A stretch of 63,896 nucleotides of DNA, counting the filler, from Gonapodya sp. JEL0774 (taxonomy: Eukaryota): the NCBI GenBank assembly GCA_027604505.1. It is 30 parts of 30 records of this genome, joined end to end, with 100 filler letters (N's around TTAATTAATTAA, not from the genome) between each part and the next. Parts side by side here need not be neighbours in the genome. Positions count along the whole stretch, not along the records: positions 12,860 to 14,900 come from JADIIX010002317.1; positions 15,001 to 17,040 come from JADIIX010002318.1; positions 17,141 to 19,178 come from JADIIX010002319.1; positions 19,279 to 21,315 come from JADIIX010002320.1; positions 21,416 to 23,452 come from JADIIX010002321.1; positions 23,553 to 25,588 come from JADIIX010002322.1; 24 more parts are not named here. One strand, written 5' to 3'. Below, one piece after another: positions 12,860 to 23,742 of this stretch. Under the pieces are notes generated by a model, which was given only the letters and a program-made list of their open reading frames with translations, was not told the origin of the DNA and searched no databases. The translations under genes were made by a program, and so were the position numbers. Position 1 is the stretch's first letter; every line of letters starts with the position of its first letter.

Positions 12860-13434
12860 ACATCTTTCGGGATGTTTGCTCCCGCGGGAGGAAGCACGGG
12901 AAGTGGAAGCTGGTGGGCAATTGGTTCTGCATTCAACAGTCCAGTAAAATTGGGAAGAATCGCAGTTTGCCAATGCTCCGTATGATCGAGAATGTATTCC
13001 CGCGCAGGCGCCACGTCCGCTGGTTGAGATGGTCCAGCTCCATCGAGGGGTGACACGAGCGCGGTTTGCCAGTTATCGGGAACTGCCGATGTGGGCCTCG
13101 GAGCGTCTTCTCTCCCGGTTGAAGAGGCCAATGGAGACAATTGGGGTTGGACGCGTGTTGTTTTCCAAGCCCCAGGGATTCCCGTGACGAGTGCGGTCCC
13201 GTCGTCGCGCGCTTCGGCGGATCCATCTGCGGCGTTTTTCTCAAGAGCCGATGTAATTAATTTGAAAAACTCTGCGATAGGGAGCATCTTGCCGGCCTCG
13301 TGGGGACTGTTTTGGAGACACGGCGTTTGAGGACGGCGGGACTTATCTCGGCTGGTGTGGTCCTTCTCAGAATGCAAACCTCCAAAGCACAACTCGATTG
13401 GCTCCCATCCACGAAATCTCTTATAGTTCATACA
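12860..13434 (-). CDS. Hypothetical protein, 3' truncated
   Basis: Open frame of about 190 codons running to the contig end, with an internal repeat (NWQTAL / HWQTAI). No family recognised. Confidence 0.3.
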
Positions 13435-14326
13435 TTCGTCGTTTGACAATTAAGTCGGCATAATAGCTTGTGGTGGCCAAATTGCAAGCATTAATGTATC
13501 CCAAGAGGATGTACATGTGTTGTTGTGTTGCAGTATTCTGCAGTTTGAGAATGGTCTCCCGTTTCAGCTCTGTGAGGATTTTCGCGACACAGCCATCGAT
13601 CGCTCGAAGGAAATACTCGACACATCACCGGTTTAATAATTGAACTTTGGACTCAAGTCAAAAAGGCACGCCTCCTTGACAACAAAATGAATGGACAAAC
13701 GTAGATATGAATTAATGGATGAAAGAACAACGAAGACGGCCCACAAAAAACAATCCCCATCACGACAGGGTTGACTCCAGAACCGAAAAACCGAAACAAC
13801 GAACCTCGGCCTTCGACCACTGAGCCTTGCGCGCCATGCCCCCTGTCTCGCCACCATTCGTGTCCCGCGTCTCACCCTCCTTCCGCTTCACCGTTCCTTT
13901 CCTTTCTTTACTTTTCTCGCCGTGCCGTACGGTACCCTGTGCGGCGCCGTTCCCCCGACTCACCACTGAGGACTGGAGGACTCGAGGTGTGACAGTGCAA
14001 GTCTGGTGGTCGGGCGGTGGATCGGTGGGGCAGTTAGGTGGTGAGTCGGGATGCGATGCGGCGAATCGAGGAGGGGAACACCGCGGCGGCATGGGCGTTG
14101 CTGGTCACGGTAAGGATTCCTCATTACGGAATGGAGCATTTTCCATCCACCTCCCACCTCACCCCCACCCCACCCCACCACGCCAGACACCACACCTCAA
14201 ACGCCATACTCCCCCTTCCGCCCCCCCTTCCTCCCTCCCAGCCCCACGTATCGAATTCCTGCGTCGGCTACTGGCGAAACTTCAAAGTTCCTTCGATAGT
14301 TGTCGCGCCACGAGGTCCACGGACGC

Positions 14327-14350
14327 GTGAGCCGTGAGCCGTGAGCCGTG
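14327..14350. repeat. Short 7-bp tandem repeat (CGTGAGC)n
   Basis: cgtgagc cgtgagc cgtgagc cgtga read directly from the sequence. Confidence 0.8.
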
Positions 14351-15000
14351 ACCCGGCACGGCATGTGCGCAGGCGTTCGGAGTGCGGTGCGCGAAAGGTG
14401 AAAGGTGCGAGCGGGATTTGGAGCGGGTGAAGCGTCCGGATCTGGGTCGGCAACGGAGTGGGAAATCGGGCAGGTTGTGCATCTCGTGAGTCGCTTGTGG
14501 TGTGTGGGAGGTGTGCCGGGATGAGTGTCGGACTATGGTGTCGGTGGCACGTGCGACGACCGGCAGGTGGTGCACTCTCGTGAATCGTTTGTGGATATGC
14601 GAGGAAGGGTGTGCGTGCGTGGTGAGTGGTGGTGGGGTGTGAGAAGAGGAGGGCAGGGTGGTGGTGGTGGGTGGTGGGGGGGACTGGCGGCACGACACAT
14701 CACCCGCTCTGTTTTCCCCAAGCACGCCCGAGCCTGTGTCCCGTCCGAGCGCGAAAACCCTGCCCGACCCAACTCCGCGACGCGACCATCTGAATTCCCG
14801 ACCCCGAGGCCCCGAGCCCACACACCGTGAGCAGTTTGCAGATTCGACGTTGGAGTCAGGGAAGCAGCACGGCGCCGGAGAGGGTACCACGGAAAGGAAA
14901 NNNNNNNNNNNNNNNNNNNNNNNNNNNNNNNNNNNNNNNNNNNNTTAATTAATTAANNNNNNNNNNNNNNNNNNNNNNNNNNNNNNNNNNNNNNNNNNNN

Positions 15001-16412
15001 TGACGACAGACCCGTTCAGTGCCAGGGCGGCGAATAATAAGGGAGTGGTGGAGATGGCGAAAGGTGGGTCGGGTTTGGTAGGGGTGGACCAGGTTGAGTG
15101 TGTGGGATTATATTCGTAACGCGGGCCCACTTCAATTTTTGATGAACGATGAATAGGCAACACCTCATCCGCCAAGTCACTCTTCCACCGCGCCCTCTCC
15201 TTCGACTCTGTGTGTTCCGAGGCCATGTTCAACCTGGGTCTGGCGTACAAGACCGCCGGCGAGCTGGACGAGGCCGTGCGGTGGTTCACCAAGTTGCACG
15301 CCGTGCTCAAGAACGCGCCAGAGGTGATTTGGCACGTGGCGGATATGTGAGTGGCGGTTTTCGGGGGGAGATCGCGCAAACCGAGCCGAACTTCGATCTA
15401 CGCGCCGGTTGTCCGATCCTGCAGATACGAGAAGCTCGGAAACGTCCCGCTCGCCCTCGAGTGGTACAACATCCTCATTTCCGTAAGCCCTACCGACCCC
15501 ACTGCTCTGTGCTCCCTCGCCCGCCTCCACGAGCACCGCGGCGACCTAGCGCAAGCCCACCACTACTACTCCGAATCCCACCGGTACCACCCCACGGACC
15601 CCGACGTGGCGTCGTGGCTTGGCGCGCGGTTCATCGATCAGGGGGCGTACGAGCAGGCCGAGGGGTGTTTTAGGAAGGCGGCGGTGGCTCGGCCGGACGA
15701 GGTCAGGTGGGCGTTGGCGGTGGCGGGGTGTAGGAGGATGGGCGGGAACTTGGCCAGTGCGCGGGAGGCGTATGATGTGGTGGCGGAGAGGTGGCCCGAT
15801 AATGCGGAGTGTGAGTGATGAGGGGGTCAAGGGGTATGGCGTAGTGTGTGTGCACATACCTTTTCGACTTGGCATGAATTTGTTCGCCCCATTTGCTCGC
15901 AACTGTGTCATTTTTTTTTTTTTTTTTTTTTGCTTAGGTCTTCGCTTCCTGGTGCGTTTGTGCACCGATATGGGCCTCAATAAGGATTCCCAGCTGTACA
16001 CAGAGAGGCTCGCTCGACTTGAAGCGAGTGGTACGAGCGCTGAGTCATCCAAACCCGCACTCGAAACAAACTCTGCAATCGGCGGAGAGAGACGCGGGAT
16101 AAAAGATGCAGCGAACAGGCGTGCGTCTGTTGCAGAGTCCAAGTTCAGTGGGGAAAGAGGTGCGTTGATGTGTGCTTGCGAACTCGGCCTCGAACCGGTC
16201 CCAACGGGACAATATGGTGGAGCCGGTTTGTTTTTTTCTTGAACTTTTTCATGCATATTGTGCTGATTCACAACTGTTTACTGCTCCATTTTGTGCGTAT
16301 TACGCTAGTCGCCGTGCCTTCCCCAAGGCGGGTTTCTATGCCCGCCTCAGCAACTGCAGCACCTGAGGCCGACGATACATTTGATGCTGTGGACCAGCTC
16401 TTACCTGGATGA
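15001..16412 (+). CDS. IFT88: Intraflagellar transport protein 88 (TPR), C-terminal half, spliced
   Basis: DPFSARAANNKG; EAMFNLGL...FTKLHAVLKN..EVIWHVADIYE; PTDPTAL; AHHYYSESHRYHP; PDEVRWALAVAGCRRMGGN; PDNAECLRFLVRLCTDMGL; ends DQLLPG*. Confidence 0.93.
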
Positions 16413-17140
16413 AGTGGGTGGGGAATACTATGCATGCACGCTTGAGCATGATGAAGTATTCGGCGGATGTGGGAAGAATTGAAGAACTTTGCCTTTACAT
16501 ATCCAAGATAAACTAAACTTGTTCATCCATGAAACAAACCGATGTGCATACAACATATGCATCCGTGGATACCCCCCTGCATTTTACAGTTCCCCACACA
16601 AGGACACAGACGAGCTAAGGGAGGAACTCGCCTCAACTTGGAAATCCACATCCCCGAACGGAATTCCAGACAACGTTTATTCCAATTCGCAGACGTTGCC
16701 GACTGTAAAACACAGCTTCAATTTGTCGGAAAACTGAAATTCTGGTTTGGGTTTTGCGTTGTTGAGTCCCTAATTCATACAAGGTGGGACAGGGACTGAC
16801 AACTGCCAGCCACTATTCTTGCAAAGAATCCCAGTGCCTTTACACTGCCAGACACCGTCAAGACGCGATTCGCCCGTTCAAGAACGCTCGAAACTCTGAA
16901 ATTTCCTATCTCGCCGTCTTAGAACTCAACGGGCGCGTCGTTTGAACAGCGGGTAAACCACATCCACGACAATCCATCCACACCCAGCTTCAGATATGAC
17001 ATCGAAGGAAGGGAACGGGTATGCGACTCCCGCAAAAAGCNNNNNNNNNNNNNNNNNNNNNNNNNNNNNNNNNNNNNNNNNNNNTTAATTAATTAANNNN
17101 NNNNNNNNNNNNNNNNNNNNNNNNNNNNNNNNNNNNNNNN

Positions 17141-18162
17141 ACTGTGGTGGTGGGTGCTACTGGTTGTGGTTCCAGGAGAGGGTATAAATCGTCGGCGAGA
17201 ATTGAGACCTAAGACAGGCAGATCACAGATAGGATATTGTAGGGAAATCTGGTGCAACGAAATGCAGCTCGTCAATCTGCACCAAAACATACCGCAATTA
17301 CTGAGTTGAGGCATGTAAGTGGCAACTGCCCAATACCGGCGATTACTAAGCTTCTGTAGTTGAATGCAGGTACGAATGGTGAAATGAACTGTGGTCCAAT
17401 TGCAAGGTCCACTGCACTAGTAGGTTTCACGACGTAAAGCTTCATGAGAGCTAAGAAGAGGCCGACCGTGAAGAGAATAAGAGCACTTGGAGTTCGTCGG
17501 GCGAGATAGAATGCGGCGATGAACAGATAAGTGAGGATCGCAACAAGAAAATTGTCCATCCATGCCCAGTTGTTAAATGTCCATTGATTGCTCTGATAGA
17601 TAGTTGCCACACCCTTGCTGACGAGAACGATTCCTGCGCCAGCTTGAATCCCCCGAACAACGGCATGCGGCACCAGTCGCGTCACAATGCGGATGAGACG
17701 TGTGGCTCCAAGCAAAAAGACCACGGCAGAAACAAAGAACCCAGCAGCTGTGACTTCAGACATGCTGAGGTTGTTTGAAACAGCGAGGGCCGAGATAGAT
17801 TTCATCTGAGTTGGAAGACCAGTGATTGATAAGCCTATATATCCTATTCGAAAGCATTGCTCGTTCGAAGCGGAAACATACGGGCTGGACACAGATTGGA
17901 ATATCGAAGAGCAGCCCCGAAACTATATTGTAAACTCCACCGAAGAAGAGACTGGCCGTCAGATTAATCTGGCCGTTTTTGCCAAGGGATACTAGAAGTG
18001 GAACTAGAGTTCCCCTGAATGGCGAAACCCGATTGTCAAGAAGGATCAAGTATGGGTCTCGAAAGAGTCGGAAGGTTCTCACATGTCGCCGAACATGCCG
18101 GAAAACTCGGAGATTGAAACGTGCTTTCGCCATCGAGTGATACGGGACGAAAGAGAATCCAT
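17141..18162 (-). CDS. Molybdate transporter MOT1 family, 3' truncated
   Basis: Spliced N-terminus MDSLSSRITRWRKHVSISEFSGMFGDMGTLVPLL; PICVQPMKSISALA; VPHAVVRGIQAGAG; GQLPLTCLNSVIAV. Confidence 0.92.
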
Positions 18163-18452
18163 TACGGTGTTCGATCGTGGTGGGGAAACTCAACTCCTTC
18201 AACACAACTTTTCCAGACGCATAAACATTTTCCCGACCATCCGAATAAATTAATCATCTTGTCACATCTTTTGGTTCGCTGTCCCTTACATGATTCTGTT
18301 GAGGAGATCTTATCAATCTCCTCCGTATCTCGTGCTTGGCAGGAGCTCATGACCGGAGCGCAACAACGTGAATCGGACAAGGAAACCATGCACAGCCAGC
18401 CACTGGCAGCACGTTGCAGAGGCTGTCACTTGGAAAACAAACTACATGAACT

Positions 18453-19178
18453 TTAAATTGGTTCAATATTTACAAAATTTACATGGTTGGGGAAGTGGTT
18501 CCAGACCACCGCGAGCAGCACGATCCCCGTGACAACCCAATAACATCGCCAAGTACTCTTCTTCTCACCTACTAGCCATGAAGTCACCAAGTTCGTCGAT
18601 TTGGCGACCTGGTCACTCCCCCAAAAGAACAGTACTGTGGTGACGACCGCATTTACCCCCCGACTCCACGGCACAATTATGAGCAAACCTTTCGTGTCCA
18701 TAGCCAGCCAGACGTGGAACTGCAGAACAAAAGTTTCCAGACTACATCGTCCAATGAAAACGAAAAGGGATGATGTGGTGCGGCGCAGGTATGAGGAGGA
18801 GTTGCGTGCCCATGCGAATGCCAAAATGGGCACGATAGACACGACTGGGTGGTAGCGATTGTAAACATACTTGTTGGGAAAGCTGAAAATGAACCAGGTG
18901 TAGAGTGTCATCACAAGTCCGAAGACTCCGAGTGCGAGGTTCCGTTCGACGTTTGGTGAAATGTGTAAAGAGGAACACCGACGATCCAATTTCGAACAGA
19001 GGAGTGTCAGCTGTCCGTGGATTAAGTTGCAATGTTGGTTCACTAATTTGGTCGAGTAGTGGTGAAAGTTGCATGCTCTGAGTACCAACCGGCAGGTGCG
19101 GAAAGAACAACAGGAGAACATACCCAAAGCACACAACATTCCACTCCAAACTGCCCAAAAATCCAGCTCTAGGCGAAA
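18453..19178 (-). CDS. Cas1p/CASD1-family 10-TM O-acetyltransferase, C-terminal part
   Basis: YNRYHPVVSIVPILAFAWARN...FVFIGRCSLETFVLQFHVWLAMDTKGLL is the Cas1_AcylT C-terminal signature. Confidence 0.9.
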   Translation of the reverse strand, partial: FRLELDFWAVWSGMLCALGMFSCCSFRTCRLVLRACNFHHYSTKLVNQHCNLIHGQLTLLCSKLDRRCSSLHISPNVERNLALGVFGLVMTLYTWFIFSFPNKYVYNRYHPVVSIVPILAFAWARNSSSYLRRTTSSLFVFIGRCSLETFVLQFHVWLAMDTKGLLIIVPWSRGVNAVVTTVLFFWGSDQVAKSTNLVTSWLVGEKKSTWRCYWVVTGIVLLAVVWNHFPNHVNFVNIEPI

Positions 19179-19278
19179 NNNNNNNNNNNNNNNNNNNNNN
19201 NNNNNNNNNNNNNNNNNNNNNNTTAATTAATTAANNNNNNNNNNNNNNNNNNNNNNNNNNNNNNNNNNNNNNNNNNNN

Positions 19279-20877
19279 TACCCGTACGACTTCTTCTCGC
19301 AATCGTTCAAGGGAGTGGGCACCCCAGCAGCTTTATCTGGAAAAGGTTTCACAGGCCTCGCCTTTTCGTCCTTCAACATACACCACGCCATTTCCCTCCT
19401 CGTTGCAGGTGAGTAAAGCTCATTTTTGATCAAGTACTTGATAGCTGTGCTTTCGCTTCATCTCGCTGCCCATTCTATTCGTCTTCTAGGAGCGAAAGAA
19501 CCTTCCCAGTTCCTTTCGCCCCTCTATGCCAACGTTAGCTACCCGGACTTCATAACCGGCATGAACTTCCTACTTAAGAGCATTCAAAACTCGGGTGCAA
19601 ATGTTTGTGAGTTTACAGATCGTGATATTGATCTTCTAAGTGGGCATAGGACAATTCTAACCTGCAACCGATGTACAGCCCTCGCATCGTCCGTTTGGAT
19701 GAGGCAACCAATTGTCATCACCCCGGAATTTCAGTCTACGGTTACGAATGAGCTCTTTGGTACCACCGCCAGCGTCCCGATGCTCAACGCCACCGACATC
19801 AACGACTGGGTGAGCAAAGCGACTTACGGCAAAATCCCTCAAATCGTGGACCAGAGTGTAGCGCAATCAGATGGTGCTCTGGTGTCAGCACTGTACTTTA
19901 AAGACACCTGGGCAACGGCGTTCGATCAATCCGATATGGACGGTTTTGCAACTCTGCCGACAACCGCAACACCATCGTTTACTGCCCGGGAAACGTACAT
20001 GAATGTCTATACGGACCTGGCTTACGTAATCACAGATGCATACACTGCAGCCCGCGTTCCTTTCCGCCACGGCTTCGATGCGTACTACGTGATGTCTGCA
20101 GATTCCAGCACATCCGCAACTCCAGCAGACTTCATTGACGCTCCTTCCCTCGCGTATCTGGCGGGTCCCCTCTCCTTCACTCCTTTCACGTCAACACAGG
20201 CGCAGGACGCACCTCTGGCTGCCGGAGCTTCTCTTCCAAAGACAAGCACGCCGACCGTTGTACGGATGAAGTTGATCGTCCCTTCGGCCATCATTCTTCA
20301 GTCCTCGTTTGACTTGAAAACGATGTGGGGCTCAAATATACCAGCAAACACGTCTATCAAGTACAACGTTCTTACCAAGCCTTTTGGATGGCTCAACGAG
20401 ACGCTTCCGTTTGAGGTCACGCGGGCCGTCCACGTCACGACCTTGGAGGTGGACCGAATAGGAGTGGAAGCCAGTGCTGCAACAGCAATCATAGTGGACG
20501 CGGTGTCCGCCAAAATCCCTCCAGCCGGACTTCCTGAATTGAAGGTGTGTTTAGTCGTAAGAAAGTTCGCGCTACCCTTGGCCGAGAAAGACCGATCACT
20601 GCCATCACGATTCTAGTTCAACAAGCCGTTCCTGTTCCACCTCGTTCATCGAGACACCAACGTTGTCTTCTTCTCCGCGGTGTACGCAGGACCATCGAAC
20701 CCCGTGCCTTATAACCAGTCCGCATCCGCAACCTCGTCTGGTTCCTTCACAACCGTGGCTCCGTCCGCAGCTCCGACAGACAAGGTCGGCAAGGCCGGAG
20801 GTGCTGGGAGAATTGGGAATGGTCACATGGCGATGCTTTTGTCCACATTGGCGGTTGTGGGCTGGTTGGCACTGTGA
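19279..20877 (+). CDS. Serpin with C-terminal Ser/Thr/Ala stalk and GPI-anchor-like signal, 5' truncated, 3 introns
   Basis: FSSFNIHHAISLLVAGA; INDWVSKATYGKIPQIV; LVSALYFKDTWATAFD; hinge EVDRIGVEASAAT. The last exon (20617-20877) reads FNKPFLFHLVHRDTNVVFFSAV, then the stalk and hydrophobic tail MAMLLSTLAVVGWLAL*. Confidence 0.92.
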
Positions 20878-21052
20878 ACGTTTATCGGAGATGTACTTTG
20901 AGAGAGATGAGCAAGTATCCTACTGTCATATGTCTAGACAATGTATTTAAATTATATTAGTTTCTCTTTTGTCAAACTCACATGTGCACCTCGAGACGGT
21001 TGCGGAACTCAACAAACCAGTACCGCCTTCTATTAGCGCTATCTAAATACAT

Positions 21053-21260
21053 TCATTGCAAACTTACGTACTTTCTCAATTTCTCTGGGATGCTTCCGTA
21101 CAATCCCTTACCCTCCAACCATTGTTTCGAAAACAGTCGGGATTGATACCTCCCAGCTCCGTCGCACAGGATCGTCACAACCTTCTTCCCCGGGCCGAGC
21201 ATTTGCGCAACACGAACTGTTGCGACGACGTTGAGGCACGAAGACGCACCAAGAAAGATC
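21053..21260 (-). CDS. Cysteine synthase (O-acetylserine sulfhydrylase), last exon; not in the ORF track
   Basis: After a CAG acceptor: IFLGASSCLNVVATVRVAQMLGPGKKVVTILCDGAGRYQSRLFSKQWLEGKGL...YVSLQ*. Confidence 0.88.
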
Positions 21261-21476
21261 CTGCCGGAAAATCAAAAGATTAGAAGCCGTGACTTTTCAG
21301 CCTGGGCAAAAAAAGNNNNNNNNNNNNNNNNNNNNNNNNNNNNNNNNNNNNNNNNNNNNTTAATTAATTAANNNNNNNNNNNNNNNNNNNNNNNNNNNNN
21401 NNNNNNNNNNNNNNNTGATTCTTGCCATCGAACGCCAAAATCTTTCGCAAGCAAACGAGAATCACCTTTCGTTATT

Positions 21477-23452
21477 ATGCCATTGCCTTTTGCGGAGCAT
21501 TTCTGGGTGAGCAGCCTGTATGAGAAACGCCTCCTTGTCGCAGAGCGTTTACAACAGAATTACAACATTCACTTGATGACACAAAGGGGTCTGGAGACAA
21601 AGGGCTGCAAGTGCTTATGGGGAGACTGGATCAGGTAATGTTCTACGGTGGCTACTTCGGTGATGCGCTCATGTGGTGAGCTGTGTAATGAAAGGGATCG
21701 AACGCTCTTGGGGAACTAATTGCATTCTGGACACACAAGTGAGGCAAACGTCACCCGTACTGGAAGTTGAAAACATAACGTAGACGTGGCTCCGGGTCTA
21801 CACATAGAATGGATACTGAAGCTGCGTTTGCGCTGTCCATGGCCCGACTGGTGTCTCACCACAAAATCTCATCCGAGACGTCAACGACACTTCGTTCAGC
21901 GCTGGATAAGCTCAATGCGTTCTTCGACCAGAAAGCCCGATCGCATACCCTTGTTATCTCTAGAATCAAGGACGATTTGCTCACACCACTTACCCATCAT
22001 CGGGACTCAGTAATTAAGCTTCGAAGACTGCTCCCGAAAGAATTCGAGAAGACCTATAAGCCGTTCGAAAAAGTGAGTAAGAATACGGATAAGAGTGCGA
22101 CAATAGGCCCTGTCTGACGGTAGTAACCGTTGACGTGCTCGAAAGGAAAATGAATTGGCTTTGAAAGCTCGGATGCGATACGAAACAAAGGCGGCAGAGT
22201 ATGTCGCCGCAAGCGAAATGTTTAGGAAGCTACCTAGCGACAGGGTGAGTGGAAAACTTGGACAAAGATTTGCATCTGCCCACGATTTTGGTCATTCTCG
22301 AGCAGAAACTGCAAGAGAAGGTTGCCATGCTTCGAATCGAAATAGACCGACTGAAAGAAGACTACAGCGAATCTATTTCACGATGTCATTCCACATACAA
22401 CGCGTGGGAGACATCATACGGAGATATCTGCCAGGTTCGTGCTTTGGAAATCATGGGGAGTCCTCGAAACCTCTGTAAGGATTGTCGTTCATTAAAAAAA
22501 CGTAATTACGTCAGAGAGTCGAAGATGAAGAGCGCCGAAGAATTACTCTTATTCGAAATTGTCTCGAGAAAGTCATTCAGCAGGAGGTACAAATAAATCG
22601 TGACTTTATTCCTGCGGTAAGCTCAATCCGTGTAAACTGATGATTTTGGCGGTCGTTTCGTCACCAACTTATAAATTTCTATTCCAGATTATTGAAAAGA
22701 TGCGGTTGGTGTTGGATAAAATTGATCCACAAGTGGACCTGGACAATTTCGTACGCGAATCTCGAACCGGACAGCGGCGGACTGAGCTCCCAAGGTTCCA
22801 TGACTACTTTAATCCCGTGGAAGAGGAATCACTTGAAAGTGCTCGACAGTCGTTGCCTCCTCTTCCCACCCAGATAGAGAATGTTGCAAAACCTCGATCC
22901 CCCAATCCAATATTCCCCGAGCTCACTTCTGTCAACACAGTTGCGACTGAGCCATCTTACAAGCCATCTGCGGCTCGAAAAACTGAAGAAAGCACTTTCT
23001 CCCCCCTTGACCTCACATTGGCTCTTGCGTTGGGGAGTACTTCTGGTGACCGCATGAGTGGGACCGAGCGGCCAAGCAGTCTGGCAAATGAAGTGTTCGA
23101 GGCTCTCAAACGAACGGATGTGAACTTCAGAATGGATTTGTTGCAGTCCGACCTTGCCTCCTCGCGTGCTGACTGGGTATCACCTAGTACAACAATACCC
23201 AAAACTGACAGTGTGGTCGGACCTACTGGGAGATCGCGATCTACCGGCGGTGAAGCTTCTCACATATCCGAAGTAATTGTACATGCTCGATCGCACTCCG
23301 AGTCTGCTGCAGAGGATATTGGTGGTCGGTACTCAGGATCTCCAAATAAACGGCGCAATCCTGGTACCCTGGAGGCACTCACTGAGAATGAGGAAGTATT
23401 CTCGAAGAACATTATCTCCAAAAGCATCGATCTTCTTCCTTCCACTCTTCAA
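21477..23452 (+). CDS. F-BAR (FCH) domain protein, Cdc15/PSTPIP/GAS7-like, 3' truncated
   Basis: Spliced MPLPFAEHFWGSGDKGLQVLMGRLDQGSNALGELIAFWTHK; a long helical region; IDPQVDLDNFVRESRTG; then a low-complexity tail. Confidence 0.82.
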
Positions 23453-23742
23453 NNNNNNNNNNNNNNNNNNNNNNNNNNNNNNNNNNNNNNNNNNNNTTAA
23501 TTAATTAANNNNNNNNNNNNNNNNNNNNNNNNNNNNNNNNNNNNNNNNNNNNTAATTTTACGTGGGGAACTTGTAGACAGTTGTGCGATATACTCAATAT
23601 GGTCTTTGCGCTATGGAAATTTCGATGGCGGAACACGATGGAAATTTATGCCTCCCGCCAGGAAAGTTAACATCCGTTCGATTCATCAACCACCGAATAG
23701 TCAACTCCATCGCCACCGAATCCGTCATCTCACTATTCATCT

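Noticed and set aside
13633..14900. Many overlapping ORFs on both strands
   Set aside because: This is GC-rich low-complexity DNA with few stops and no recognisable domain.
15911..15931. Poly-T run (also poly-G near 6579-6600, poly-A near 50876-50889 and poly-C near 61670-61693) as a terminator or retrocopy tail
   Set aside because: These are homopolymers within introns or probable introns.
18453..19178. 'Cas1' as a CRISPR gene
   Set aside because: The name coincides only; this is the membrane O-acetyltransferase family.
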